Made by a program: the position numbers and the translations under genes. Below, piece by piece: positions 18,136-26,498 of a stretch of 32,000 bases of DNA. Numbering within the stretch: the stretch's first letter is position 1; each line of letters opens with the position of its first letter. The DNA comes from Kofleriaceae bacterium (GTDB lineage Bacteria; Myxococcota_A; Polyangia; Haliangiales; Haliangiaceae), in the NCBI GenBank assembly GCA_035500135.1, contig DATJXL010000090.1:647-32646 (forward strand). Direction: 5' to 3'. A model generated the notes under the pieces. It was not told where the DNA came from, searched no databases, and worked only from the letters and a program-made list of their open reading frames with translations.

Positions 18136-19896
18136 TCACATCGAGATCGAGCCCTTGCGGAAATCCGTGCGGCGCAGATGCACGTTCACGCACACCGGCC
18201 GGCCGGTCTTCGCGATCGCCTTGGCCTCGGCGAGCGTCGCGTCGACGCGGGCCGGGTCGGTCAGGACCAGCCCGACTCCGCCGTAGCCCGCCGCGACCTC
18301 GTGGTAGGCGCTGCGCCGCAGATCGGTGCCGAGCGACGTCCCGAGCATCTCGACCTGCTCGCGCGCGATCTGCATCCACGACGCGTCGTTGCCGATGAGC
18401 GCGATCGGCGCCACGCCGTGCCGCACGTACGTGTCGAACTCGGCGAGCGTGTACGCGCACGAGCCGTCGCCCCACAGCAGCCAGACTTCGCGGCCCGGCC
18501 GGACGAGCGACGCGCCGAGCGCGAAGCCGCCGCCGACGCCGAGCGTGCCGAACACGCCGGGATCGAGCCACGACAGGGGCGCGCGCGGCCGCACGATGTA
18601 GCTCGCGGTCGCGACGAAGTCGCCGCCGTCGACGACGAGCACGGCGTCGTCGGCCATCACCTCGTCCAGCCGCGTGAACAAGTGCACCGGATCGACGAGC
18701 TCGCCGGCCGGCGCCGCCTTCGCCGCGATCTCGGTGTCGCGCGCGCGCTCGCGCTCGCGTAGCGTCGCGAGCCACTCCGGCGATGCCGCGCCCCGTGCGG
18801 ACGGCGTTTCGCCGCGCGCGGTTGCACGCTCCGCGAGCGCGACCAGGAAGTCGCCGGCATGCATCTCGACGGCGATGTCGGGCCGGCGGTTCTTGCGCAT
18901 CTCGTCGGTCGACAGGTTCGCCGCGATCAACGTCGCCGCGCGGTTGATCCCGCGGCCGTAGCCGAGCCGGAAGTCGAACGGAAAGCCGCACACGATCACA
19001 CAATCGGCTTCCTTGAGCGCCGCGCCGCGGTGGTGGCGGAGCTGCAGCTCGTGCGTGCGGCCGAGCAACCCGCGCGCCATGCCGGCGAGATAGACCGGCA
19101 CGCCGAGCGCGCCGATCGCGCGCGCGATCCGGCCGGGATCGCGGATGCCGACGAGCGTCTGGCTTCCGACCACGAGCACCGGCTTGGTCGCGGCGCGCAC
19201 CGCGTCCGCCGCGCGCTCGAGCGCGCCGTCGCCGCGCAGGCTCGGGAGCTTCACCGGCACGTTCCACTCCGGCAGGACCGGCGCGCGAAACTGCCGGTAG
19301 AGGTGTCCGCGCACGTAGAGCTCGAGGGCCTTGCCGGCGATCCCCTTCGCCTTGCCGAGGCCCGCCTCCTTCTCGTACATCGCGCGGATCAGCTGCTCGG
19401 GATAGAGCAGATCGACCGGTACCTCGACGAACACCGGCCCGGGCACGCCGTCGAGCGCGACCGCGATCGCGCGCTCGATCGTCGGTTGCAGCCCCGGCAC
19501 GGTCTTGACCGTCGTCGCCCACTTCACGTGCGGCTTCATCAAGGTCATCTGATCGATATCCTGAAGAGAGCCGCGGCCCTTGAGCAGCGTCGCGGTCGCG
19601 CCCCCGAACAGGACGAGCGGCGTCTGCGCCATCTGCGCGTTCTTGACCGCGGTGATGGTATTGGTCACGCCGGGCCCGGCGGTGACCGCCGCGGCGCCGA
19701 TCACGCCGGTCATCCGCGCGACGGCATCGGCGGCGAACACGGCGTTGCCTTCGTCGCGGACGTCGACGACGCGGATCCCGCGTGCGTCGCAGCCGGTGAG
19801 GATCGGCGAGATATGGCCGCCGCACAGCGCGAACAGGTGCGTCACGCCATGGCGCGCGAGCACCTCCGCGATCAAGTCTCCGCCATGCCTCGTCAT
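18136..19896 (-). CDS. Thiamine-pyrophosphate enzyme, acetolactate synthase large subunit-like family
   Basis: N-terminal TPP pyrimidine-binding domain ([23 protein letters not shown]...GPGVTN). C-terminal TPP motif [32 protein letters not shown]. 586 aa. Confidence 0.9.
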   Translation of the reverse strand: MTRHGGDLIAEVLARHGVTHLFALCGGHISPILTGCDARGIRVVDVRDEGNAVFAADAVARMTGVIGAAAVTAGPGVTNTITAVKNAQMAQTPLVLFGGATATLLKGRGSLQDIDQMTLMKPHVKWATTVKTVPGLQPTIERAIAVALDGVPGPVFVEVPVDLLYPEQLIRAMYEKEAGLGKAKGIAGKALELYVRGHLYRQFRAPVLPEWNVPVKLPSLRGDGALERAADAVRAATKPVLVVGSQTLVGIRDPGRIARAIGALGVPVYLAGMARGLLGRTHELQLRHHRGAALKEADCVIVCGFPFDFRLGYGRGINRAATLIAANLSTDEMRKNRRPDIAVEMHAGDFLVALAERATARGETPSARGAASPEWLATLRERERARDTEIAAKAAPAGELVDPVHLFTRLDEVMADDAVLVVDGGDFVATASYIVRPRAPLSWLDPGVFGTLGVGGGFALGASLVRPGREVWLLWGDGSCAYTLAEFDTYVRHGVAPIALIGNDASWMQIAREQVEMLGTSLGTDLRRSAYHEVAAGYGGVGLVLTDPARVDATLAEAKAIAKTGRPVCVNVHLRRTDFRKGSISM

Positions 19897-19927
19897 GAGC
19901 GGTACAATAGACGCGGGCAGAGCCGAC

Positions 19928-20788
19928 GTGGCGAACCTCGTCCTGTATTCGATTCCCGCGTTTTTCGCGCTGATCGCGCTCGAGGTCGTGTGGGCGTCGC
20001 GGCATCCCGACGCGAAGGGCTACGAGAAGCGCGACACCGCAGCGAGCCTGTCGATGGGCCTGCTCAACGTGTTCATCTCGGCGGGCGCGAAGGGCCTATC
20101 GATCCCGCTGTTCGCATGGGTGTACGAGCATCGCGTCGCCGAGCTCGGCCGCGCCGACCTGTGGTGGTCGTGGATCGTGCTCCTGTTCGCCGAGGACTGC
20201 TGCTACTACTGGTTCCACCGCATCCATCACGAGGTGCGCTTCCTGTGGGCGGCTCACGTCAACCACCACTCGAGCCAGTACTTCAACTTGTCGACGGCGC
20301 TGCGCCAGACGCTCTTGACACCGTTCACGTCGCCGATCTTCTGGACGCCGCTCGCGCTGCTCGGCTTTCCGCCGTGGATGATCCTGACCGCGCAGGCGTG
20401 GAGCCTGCTGTACCAGTTCTGGCTGCACACCGAGGCGATCGACAAGCTCGGACCGATCGAGTGGGTGATGAACACGCCGTCGCATCACCGCGTGCACCAC
20501 GGCAAGAACGTGCGCTACCTCGATCGCAACCACGCCGGCATCTTCATCATCTGGGACCGCATGTTCGGAACGTTCGAGCTCGAGACCGAGCGCGTGGTCT
20601 ACGGCCTCACCAAGGACATCCACACGTTCAATCCGCTGCGAATCGGCTTCCACGAGGTCGCCGCGATCGCGCGCGACGTCGCTCGAGCCCCCACCGTGGC
20701 TGCGAAGCTCGGCTACGTGCTGGCGCCGCCGGGCTGGAGCCACGACGGGTCGACGAAGACCGCCGGCGAGCTTCGCCGCGAGCTCTGA
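19928..20788 (+). CDS. Fatty acid hydroxylase / sterol desaturase family membrane protein
   Basis: Histidine boxes HRIHHE, HVNHHSS and HHRVHHG. The start is GTG 19928 or ATG 19895. The ATG option would share a CATG with the divergent TPP gene start. Confidence 0.85.
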   Translation: MANLVLYSIPAFFALIALEVVWASRHPDAKGYEKRDTAASLSMGLLNVFISAGAKGLSIPLFAWVYEHRVAELGRADLWWSWIVLLFAEDCCYYWFHRIHHEVRFLWAAHVNHHSSQYFNLSTALRQTLLTPFTSPIFWTPLALLGFPPWMILTAQAWSLLYQFWLHTEAIDKLGPIEWVMNTPSHHRVHHGKNVRYLDRNHAGIFIIWDRMFGTFELETERVVYGLTKDIHTFNPLRIGFHEVAAIARDVARAPTVAAKLGYVLAPPGWSHDGSTKTAGELRREL

Positions 20789-20836
20789 CTCGGCGTTTTG
20801 TAACACGCGGATGTTGCACTTCTCGTCCTCGTGATT

Positions 20837-20848
20837 CCAAGTACTTGG
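20837..20848. promoter_or_regulatory. Perfect 12-bp palindrome CCAAGTACTTGG, a candidate activator (UAS) site
   Basis: Read directly. It lies ~125 nt upstream of the sigma54-like -24 element. A second perfect 10-bp palindrome, GTGTGCACAC, is at 20877-20886. Confidence 0.3.
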
Positions 20849-20924
20849 ACGGTGGTAACAACGAACCCCATCTGGGGTGTGCACACTCATGCGCGATGTA
20901 GTTCGTTGTCCGCAAACTCCCCTG

Positions 20925-20942
20925 TTTTCAATTGTTTGAAAA
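20925..20942. promoter_or_regulatory. AT-rich inverted repeat TTTTCAA-TTGT-TTGAAAA containing an IHF-like site
   Basis: TTTCAATTGTTTG (20926-20938) matches the IHF consensus WATCAANNNNTTR with one mismatch. It is centred ~33 nt upstream of the -24 GG. Confidence 0.3.
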
Positions 20943-20964
20943 TGTACCTCAGGCGATCTCTGGC

Positions 20965-20979
20965 GGCACAACGGTTGCT
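20965..20979 (+). promoter_or_regulatory. Sigma54 (RpoN) -24/-12 promoter candidate
   Basis: GGCAC (20965-20969), AACGG, then TTGCT (20975-20979) matches TGGCAC-N5-TTGCW with correct spacing. Only the 5' T is replaced by C. It sits directly upstream of the 20994-25639 operon. Confidence 0.55.
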
Positions 20980-20993
20980 GTAGAGTCGGGGAC

Positions 20994-22367
20994 ATGCTGG
21001 GTGCCTTCACCTCGATTCGAGCGACTCGGTCGCCGCTGAAGTCTCGGCGGGCGATGCTCGACACGCTGCTCAAGCACTTGGATATGGTCCGGTTGTCGGT
21101 GGGGCTGGCCGGGCTGGTCCTCACCCTGGGCCTGGTGGGGTGCACCGGCCTCATCAGCGGTGACAATGGGGGTGGCGGTAGCCCGGAGGAGCAGGCGGCG
21201 ATCGATGACTGGGTCACGATGGCCTACCCCGCTCTGACGCAGGGCTCGTGCACCAGCTGCCACGGCGCCGGTACGGGTGGCGCGCCGACGTTCCTCGCCG
21301 GCGACAAGCAGCTCGACGTCCGCACCACGATCCTCGGCTTCATGCCGTCGATCCTGAACTTCGACACGCCGGCCTCGAGCACCCTGCTCACCAAGGGCGT
21401 GCACGAAGGACCGGCGCTCACCACCGATCAGTTCTCGGGCATCGTGACCTGGGTCCAGGCCGAGGCGACCGCGGCGGGCAGCGGGAGCGGCAGCGCGACC
21501 GCCGACATCACCACCGACCCGTTCCAGTTCCAGCTCTGCACCGCAGGCGTGGCCGGCGATCCGACCTGCCCGATCAACACGGTCGACATCAGCGCGCTGC
21601 CGAACGCGCCCGCGCTGACCGGCGCGAAGATCACGTTCATCGCGCAGCCGCTGTCGAACGACATCTACGTGACCGACCTCTACGCCGATACCGGCACGAG
21701 CGGCCTCTACATCGAGCATCCGCTGTTCGTCTACATCCCGCCGACCGGCACGATGTGCTCGACCGGCGAGGCGCCGCCGTGCCCGGACGACATCGATCGC
21801 TTCTCCGACGTCAAGCTCGACATGATGCCGACCGATCCGCCGACGCATATCGGCGATGGCATCGCGGCGTTCACCGGCTTCGCGCCGGTCACCGGCGCGC
21901 AGCTCCAGATCGCGTTCAAGGTCGTCGACATGTACCGGCCCGCCAGCGGCGGCGGCACCACGAACACCGGCTGCAAGGTGATGACCGGCACCAACGGCTT
22001 CTACACGACGGTCACCACCGTCATGAACGCGAAGGTCGGCGCGGCGCTGACGCCGGGCGCGATGTACTGCGAGCAGTGCCACTCGAGCACCGGCTCGAAT
22101 CCCAACATGAACGCGATGAATGCAATGAACATCAGCGGCATCGAGGGCTGTGCGACCGACACGTCGGCGACCAGCACGTGCGCCACCGCGTGCGGCCAGA
22201 TCCTCGGTCAGATCAACTTCCAGAGCATTCCTACGAGCGGCATCATCCTCGCCCCGGAGTCGGGACAGGATGCTGCTCATCCCGAGAAGTTTTCATCCAC
22301 CACCGATTTCAACACCTTCAAGACCGCACTCGTGAACTGGGCGACTGCCGAGAATTCCGCTCAATAA
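20994..22367 (+). CDS. Exported lipoprotein with two CxxCH motifs in Planctomycete-cytochrome-C-like (PSCyt-like) end domains
   Basis: Lipoprotein signal MVRLSVGLAGLVLTLGLVGC. The likely true start is ATG 21084, with alternatives at 21054 and 20994. CTSCH at 21249-21263 and CEQCH at 22068-22082. The composition is Thr/Gly/Ala/Asn-rich and Arg-poor. Confidence 0.75.
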   Translation: MLGAFTSIRATRSPLKSRRAMLDTLLKHLDMVRLSVGLAGLVLTLGLVGCTGLISGDNGGGGSPEEQAAIDDWVTMAYPALTQGSCTSCHGAGTGGAPTFLAGDKQLDVRTTILGFMPSILNFDTPASSTLLTKGVHEGPALTTDQFSGIVTWVQAEATAAGSGSGSATADITTDPFQFQLCTAGVAGDPTCPINTVDISALPNAPALTGAKITFIAQPLSNDIYVTDLYADTGTSGLYIEHPLFVYIPPTGTMCSTGEAPPCPDDIDRFSDVKLDMMPTDPPTHIGDGIAAFTGFAPVTGAQLQIAFKVVDMYRPASGGGTTNTGCKVMTGTNGFYTTVTTVMNAKVGAALTPGAMYCEQCHSSTGSNPNMNAMNAMNISGIEGCATDTSATSTCATACGQILGQINFQSIPTSGIILAPESGQDAAHPEKFSSTTDFNTFKTALVNWATAENSAQ

Positions 22368-22376
22368 AGGAGCCCC

Positions 22377-23543
22377 ATGAACAGGATCTCGACACTATTG
22401 ATGGCTGCCGCGCTGGCGGTTCCCGCTTGCAGCACCGGTGACTCCGGTAGCGGGACCGGGTCCGGCTCGGGGTCAGGTAGCGGCTCGGGCAGCGACGACC
22501 AGTACCAGCAGCTGCTCAACAACCGCGTCTACGACTACAACGCCGCGCTGAGGATCGCGTCGTTGCGGTTGACCGGCCACGTCCCATCGATGGCGGACAT
22601 CGCGCAGATCTCGAGTGCGCCCGACCAGCCGAGCCAGAAGGCGGCCTACCAGAGCCTGCTCACCAACTACATGGAGACGCCGGAGTTCTCGAACCAGATG
22701 TTCTACTTCTGGCGAGACACGTTCAAGCAAGGCGACACCGCGGTGCTCGACACCGCGCCGGCGCTCGCCGCGCAGCTCTCCGTGCAGAACGGGTCCTACA
22801 TGAACCTGTTCACGCAGGCGAGCGGCAACTGTCCGACCTACGACACGGCGACCACGACGTTCACCCCCGCCGAGTGCGGGAACGGTGGCCCGGTCGCCGG
22901 CGTGCTCACCAACCCCGGCGTGATGACGCAGTTCTACTCGAACTTCGCCTTCCGCCGCGTGCGGTGGATCCAGGAGGTCTTCGACTGCACCGCGTTCCCG
23001 GCCGAGGTCTCGGCCACGCCGGTCGATGTCGGCGGCGCCTCGCCGTACACCGGCGTGTGGCCGTTCAACTCGATCGCGAGCCCGACGAACGGCGGCGGCC
23101 GCGTCAACTTCCAGGACGTCTCCGCCGTCATCTGCGCGAACTGCCACACGACGATCAACCACCGTGCGCCGCTGTTCGCGTACTACGACATGAACGGTGC
23201 GTATCAGACGACGATCTCGGTGACGACGCCGCTCGACGGCGCGCCGCTCGCGAAGCTGTCCGACTACCTGCCGCCGGGCGAGACCACGGCGTGGAAGTAT
23301 CAGGTCCCGGCCGCCGACATCCCGTCGTTCGGCGCCGACATGGCCGCCGACCCGGCGGTCGCGCAGTGTGGCGTCGCCCGCATCTGGAACTGGGCGCTCG
23401 GCAAGACGGACATCGTCGACACGCTCCAGACCGTTCCGCCCGACACCATCGCGGACCAGGTTGCCGCGTTCACGGCCGACGGCTTCAAGCTGAAGGACCT
23501 CATCTTCGCCGTCTACACCAGCGACGACTTCACGAAGTTCTAG
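22377..23543 (+). CDS. Lipoprotein resembling the DUF1592/DUF1588/DUF1585 (PSD/PSCyt3-type) part of Planctomycete-type proteins
   Basis: SD AAGGAG (22367-22372) before ATG 22377. Signal MNRISTLLMAAALAVPAC plus a GSGTGSGSGSGSGSGS linker. The motifs are GVLTNPGVMTQFYSNFAFRRVRWIQEVFDC, ICANCHTTINHRAPLFAYYD (CxxCH 23133-23147) and the C-terminal GFKLKDLIFAVYTSDDF. Confidence 0.75.
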   Translation: MNRISTLLMAAALAVPACSTGDSGSGTGSGSGSGSGSGSDDQYQQLLNNRVYDYNAALRIASLRLTGHVPSMADIAQISSAPDQPSQKAAYQSLLTNYMETPEFSNQMFYFWRDTFKQGDTAVLDTAPALAAQLSVQNGSYMNLFTQASGNCPTYDTATTTFTPAECGNGGPVAGVLTNPGVMTQFYSNFAFRRVRWIQEVFDCTAFPAEVSATPVDVGGASPYTGVWPFNSIASPTNGGGRVNFQDVSAVICANCHTTINHRAPLFAYYDMNGAYQTTISVTTPLDGAPLAKLSDYLPPGETTAWKYQVPAADIPSFGADMAADPAVAQCGVARIWNWALGKTDIVDTLQTVPPDTIADQVAAFTADGFKLKDLIFAVYTSDDFTKF

Positions 23544-23553
23544 GAGGATGACC

Positions 23554-24234
23554 ATGACCCGCTTTGCCACACTCGCGATTCTGGCCGCGTCGGTCCTGGC
23601 ACCCGCCTGTACCGATGACCTGCCTCCCCCCAACACGCCGCCGCCGGGTTCGACCTCGGGTGGAACGAGCGACACCTTCGACCACGAGAACGATCAGATC
23701 AGCCCGTGGGATCTGCTCCAGCGCATCGAGGTCGAGGGCCCGCCGAGCTACACCTCGCATACGCACTCGTGTCCGAAGGTCCGGTACTCGAACCTCGGAT
23801 CGCTGCTGACCGACATCGGCGTCAACGCGGCGAACACCACGCAGCTGTCCGCCGGCGAGCTCTACACCGACGGCTACAACGCGCTCGGTGGTCCGAACTA
23901 CGCCAACCGCATCCGCGAGAACATCGGCATCACGATCTCCGGCGCGTCGAAAGAGTTCGACATCTTCGCCGCGGCGGCGCCTGAAGTGATGGCCGCGTTC
24001 ACGAGCACCACGACGAACGCGCTGCAGGCGCGTTGCCCGGGTGCGCAGCTGTTCGACACGTCGGGCTCGGTGCCGACGTGCCGTCCCGACGGCATCGAGT
24101 GCTTGATCGGCGTCCCGCCGCAGAGCGAGCACGTCGACTACTGCAACCTCACCATCACCAATGCTTCGACCCCGGCGGTGGGTCAGCAGCTAGCCGTCGC
24201 TGCCATCCTGGCTGCGGCTTACACCTGCGAGTAG
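23554..24234 (+). CDS. Cys-rich lipoprotein of unknown function (226 aa)
   Basis: SD AGGAGG (23542-23547) lies 6 nt before ATG 23554. ATG 23548 directly abuts the SD. Signal MTRFATLAILAASVLAPAC. Seven further Cys residues. No family recognised. Confidence 0.75.
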   Translation: MTRFATLAILAASVLAPACTDDLPPPNTPPPGSTSGGTSDTFDHENDQISPWDLLQRIEVEGPPSYTSHTHSCPKVRYSNLGSLLTDIGVNAANTTQLSAGELYTDGYNALGGPNYANRIRENIGITISGASKEFDIFAAAAPEVMAAFTSTTTNALQARCPGAQLFDTSGSVPTCRPDGIECLIGVPPQSEHVDYCNLTITNASTPAVGQQLAVAAILAAAYTCE

Positions 24235-24244
24235 GAGACCTCCC

Positions 24245-25639
24245 ATGGCGAAACACCCTTTCACCAAGCGTGACGAGCACCGCGAGCTGACGCGCCGCGC
24301 GCTCATCAAGTGGAGCGTTGCCGCGGGTGCTGCCCTCGGCGTGTCGCGGGCGAAGGTCTTCGACATCCTCGAGAAGACGGCCGGCAAGGACACCGCGTTT
24401 GCCGCGGCGACCAACCCGACGACTCGCTCGGTCCACGTCGTCGCCGGCAACGGCGGCCTGGCCTGGTTCACCCAGTTCTGGCCGTTCCCGTCGATCGCCG
24501 CCGCGAACAACGCGTCGTTCGCGTGGAACTTCCCGGGCAAGCAGGTGCTCGTCGCGGGCACCGACAAGCCGCTGTACACCGGGCCGGTCACGCCGTGGGC
24601 GACCATGGCGGCGACCCAGCAGGTGACCGTCTTCCAGTGCGGCAACAACGAGACGCACACGCAACAGCCGCAGTCGGTCGTCGGCCTCAACGGCAGCAAC
24701 ATCTTCTCGGTCGCGAGCGCGCTGCAGTCGGCGTCGCCGTCGGTGATCCCGCTGGTGACGATCGGCAACGTCGACGTCGGCACGGCAGCCGGCGCCGCCA
24801 CACCCGCGAACGTGACGGCGGCCACCGGCATCGTCGATCTGTTCAACAGCGCCGCGTCTCGCGCGGGCGGCCTGCTGTCGAAGACGTCGGACGCGCAGCT
24901 GTACAAGGCGCACTACGACGCGTTCACGCAGCTCAACCGCGCGGCGGGAACGTCGACGACGAAGCTCGCGTACACCACGGCTTCGGGCGCGGCCGGATTC
25001 CTCGGCACGAACCTGTCGGCGAAGCTGGCGATCACGGCCGCGGACAACACGCGGTACGGCATCACCAGCACGACGCGCTCGAACGTCGCGGCCATCGGCC
25101 AGGCGTTCATCATCGGGGCGAAGTCATTCGCCATGGGGCTCACGAACTCCATCGTGTTGCCCGCGATGGACGACGACCCGCACGGCGCGTTCGACGGCGG
25201 CGACATCAACATCGTCCCGCAGCAGCTGACGTCGATCTTCAACGCGTTCATGGCCGACCTCAACGGCATGACCGACCCGGTCACGATGGAGAACCTGTGG
25301 AGCGACACCGTGATCACGATCCACGGTGACACCCACAAGGATCCGATCACGCCGGCTGGCTGGCCCGACGGCACGGCGAACAACTCGAACACGGTCTACG
25401 TGTACGGCGCCGGCCACTTGTTGTCGGGCTGGTTCGGAGACTACACGAGCGCCAACGGCGGCACCGCGGTGGGGTTCGACCAGAACGGCGCCGCGGCGAC
25501 GTACAACGGCACCAACCAGGCCAAGTACGCGATGGCCGCGATCGCGTACGCCATCGCGAAACGCGACAGCCGTGCGATCTCGCAGTTCGCGAACGGCATC
25601 AACATCTCGGGGGTGTTCGGCCGCCCGCAGACGATGTGA
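24245..25639 (+). CDS. Tat-signal exported protein, possibly DUF1552 (HXXSHH)/DUF1501-like
   Basis: SD AGGAG (24233-24237) before ATG 24245. Twin-arginine motif LTRRALIKW, then a hydrophobic stretch and SRA. HGDTHK at 25322-25339 is reminiscent of the HXXSHH signature. 464 aa, Thr/Ala/Asn/Gly-rich. Confidence 0.75.
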   Translation: MAKHPFTKRDEHRELTRRALIKWSVAAGAALGVSRAKVFDILEKTAGKDTAFAAATNPTTRSVHVVAGNGGLAWFTQFWPFPSIAAANNASFAWNFPGKQVLVAGTDKPLYTGPVTPWATMAATQQVTVFQCGNNETHTQQPQSVVGLNGSNIFSVASALQSASPSVIPLVTIGNVDVGTAAGAATPANVTAATGIVDLFNSAASRAGGLLSKTSDAQLYKAHYDAFTQLNRAAGTSTTKLAYTTASGAAGFLGTNLSAKLAITAADNTRYGITSTTRSNVAAIGQAFIIGAKSFAMGLTNSIVLPAMDDDPHGAFDGGDINIVPQQLTSIFNAFMADLNGMTDPVTMENLWSDTVITIHGDTHKDPITPAGWPDGTANNSNTVYVYGAGHLLSGWFGDYTSANGGTAVGFDQNGAAATYNGTNQAKYAMAAIAYAIAKRDSRAISQFANGINISGVFGRPQTM

Positions 25640-25668
25640 GCTTCGCGGTTTCCTTGCTACGCTAGGGC

Positions 25669-26295
25669 GTGACCGGGTCGCGGGTCCTCGCCCTAGCGTT
25701 TGTTGTTTTCGGCGCGCTGGCGTGCGGGCACAAGGACAATGCGCAGGGCGATCCGACCGCGCGCGCCGGCTCGGACGACCTCGCGGGCGAGCAGCAGAAG
25801 TTCGATGCCGAGCGCCGGCCCGATCAGGTCGTGACCGCGATGGGGATCGGCCCCGGCTCGCGTGTCGCCGACATCGGCGCCGGCTCGGGCCTTCTGACCG
25901 TGCACCTCGCGCGCGCGGTCGCGCCGGACGGCCGCGTGGTCGCGACCGATATCGATCAGGGCGTGCTCGACCTGCTCGGCAAGCGGATGACGGCGATGGG
26001 GTTCGGCCAGGTGGTCCAGCCCAAGCTCGTCTCGGCCGACGCGCCCGGCCTCGAGGACCACGCGTACGACGCGATCCTGCTCGCCGAGGTCGATCATTAC
26101 TTCCAGGATCCGGTCGCGTGGCTGAAGGCGGCCACCGCCGCGCTCAAGCCGGGCGGCCGCATCGTGATCTCGAACCGCATCTACCATCGCGCGCAGTCGA
26201 TGGAGGCCGCGCGCAAGGCCGGGCTCGTGCTCAAGAGCGAATCCGAGCCGGTTCCCACCCACTTCGTCGCCGTGTTCACCGCCCCCGAAACGTGA
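25669..26295 (+). CDS. Class I SAM-dependent methyltransferase fold protein with N-terminal signal/lipoprotein peptide
   Basis: GTG start. MTGSRVLALAFVVFGALACGHKD is signal-like. SAM motif I is VADIGAGSGLLTVHLA, followed by VVATDID and LKPGGRIVIS. Confidence 0.8.
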   Translation: MTGSRVLALAFVVFGALACGHKDNAQGDPTARAGSDDLAGEQQKFDAERRPDQVVTAMGIGPGSRVADIGAGSGLLTVHLARAVAPDGRVVATDIDQGVLDLLGKRMTAMGFGQVVQPKLVSADAPGLEDHAYDAILLAEVDHYFQDPVAWLKAATAALKPGGRIVISNRIYHRAQSMEAARKAGLVLKSESEPVPTHFVAVFTAPET

Positions 26296-26303
26296 GGCTC
26301 ACC

Positions 26304-26441
26304 ATGAGAAGCGCAACGTGCTTGGTCGTGCTGTTGGCCGGTTGCCCCGGCCCCGAAGGCAACCCGAAGGTCCTGTGGCTCGCACCCGACATGGCCGAGA
26401 CCGCGGTCAAGCTGGTCGATACCGAACCTCCGCCGTTTTGA
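26304..26441 (+). CDS. 45-codon lipoprotein-signal ORF ending at an in-frame TGA. It is probably the 5' part of the next ORF.
   Basis: SD GAGG (26293-26296) lies 7 nt before ATG 26304. MRSATCLVVLLAGCPGPEG has a lipobox LLAGC. Stop TGA at 26439-26441. It is in the same frame as 26499..26819 and no other stop lies between them. Confidence 0.4.
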   Translation: MRSATCLVVLLAGCPGPEGNPKVLWLAPDMAETAVKLVDTEPPPF

Positions 26442-26498
26442 GCGCCCGGTGTCGGGGCCGGTGGCTCCGAGGAGGCAGCGTACACGCTCAAGGCAGGA

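Noticed and set aside
16163-20005. 1280-aa ORF on the minus strand
   Set aside because: It is an out-of-frame shadow spanning the well-supported GH15 and TPP-enzyme genes and their intergenic spacer. Its composition is Arg-dominated and it has no motifs.
20949-23675. Minus-strand ORFs 20949..22280 and 22473..23675, and the plus-strand out-of-frame ORF 21248..22441
   Set aside because: They overlap the SD-preceded, signal-peptide-bearing operon genes. Their translations are Arg/Asp/Gly-rich with no export signals or motifs.
26439-26441. TGA as a selenocysteine codon
   Set aside because: The local context (PPPF-x-APGV) is a Pro/Gly linker with no redox-type Cys/Sec motif. The downstream hairpin is short and of a kind expected by chance in GC-rich DNA. 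A pseudogene or sequencing error is more parsimonious. It is kept as a finding only for the in-frame stop itself.
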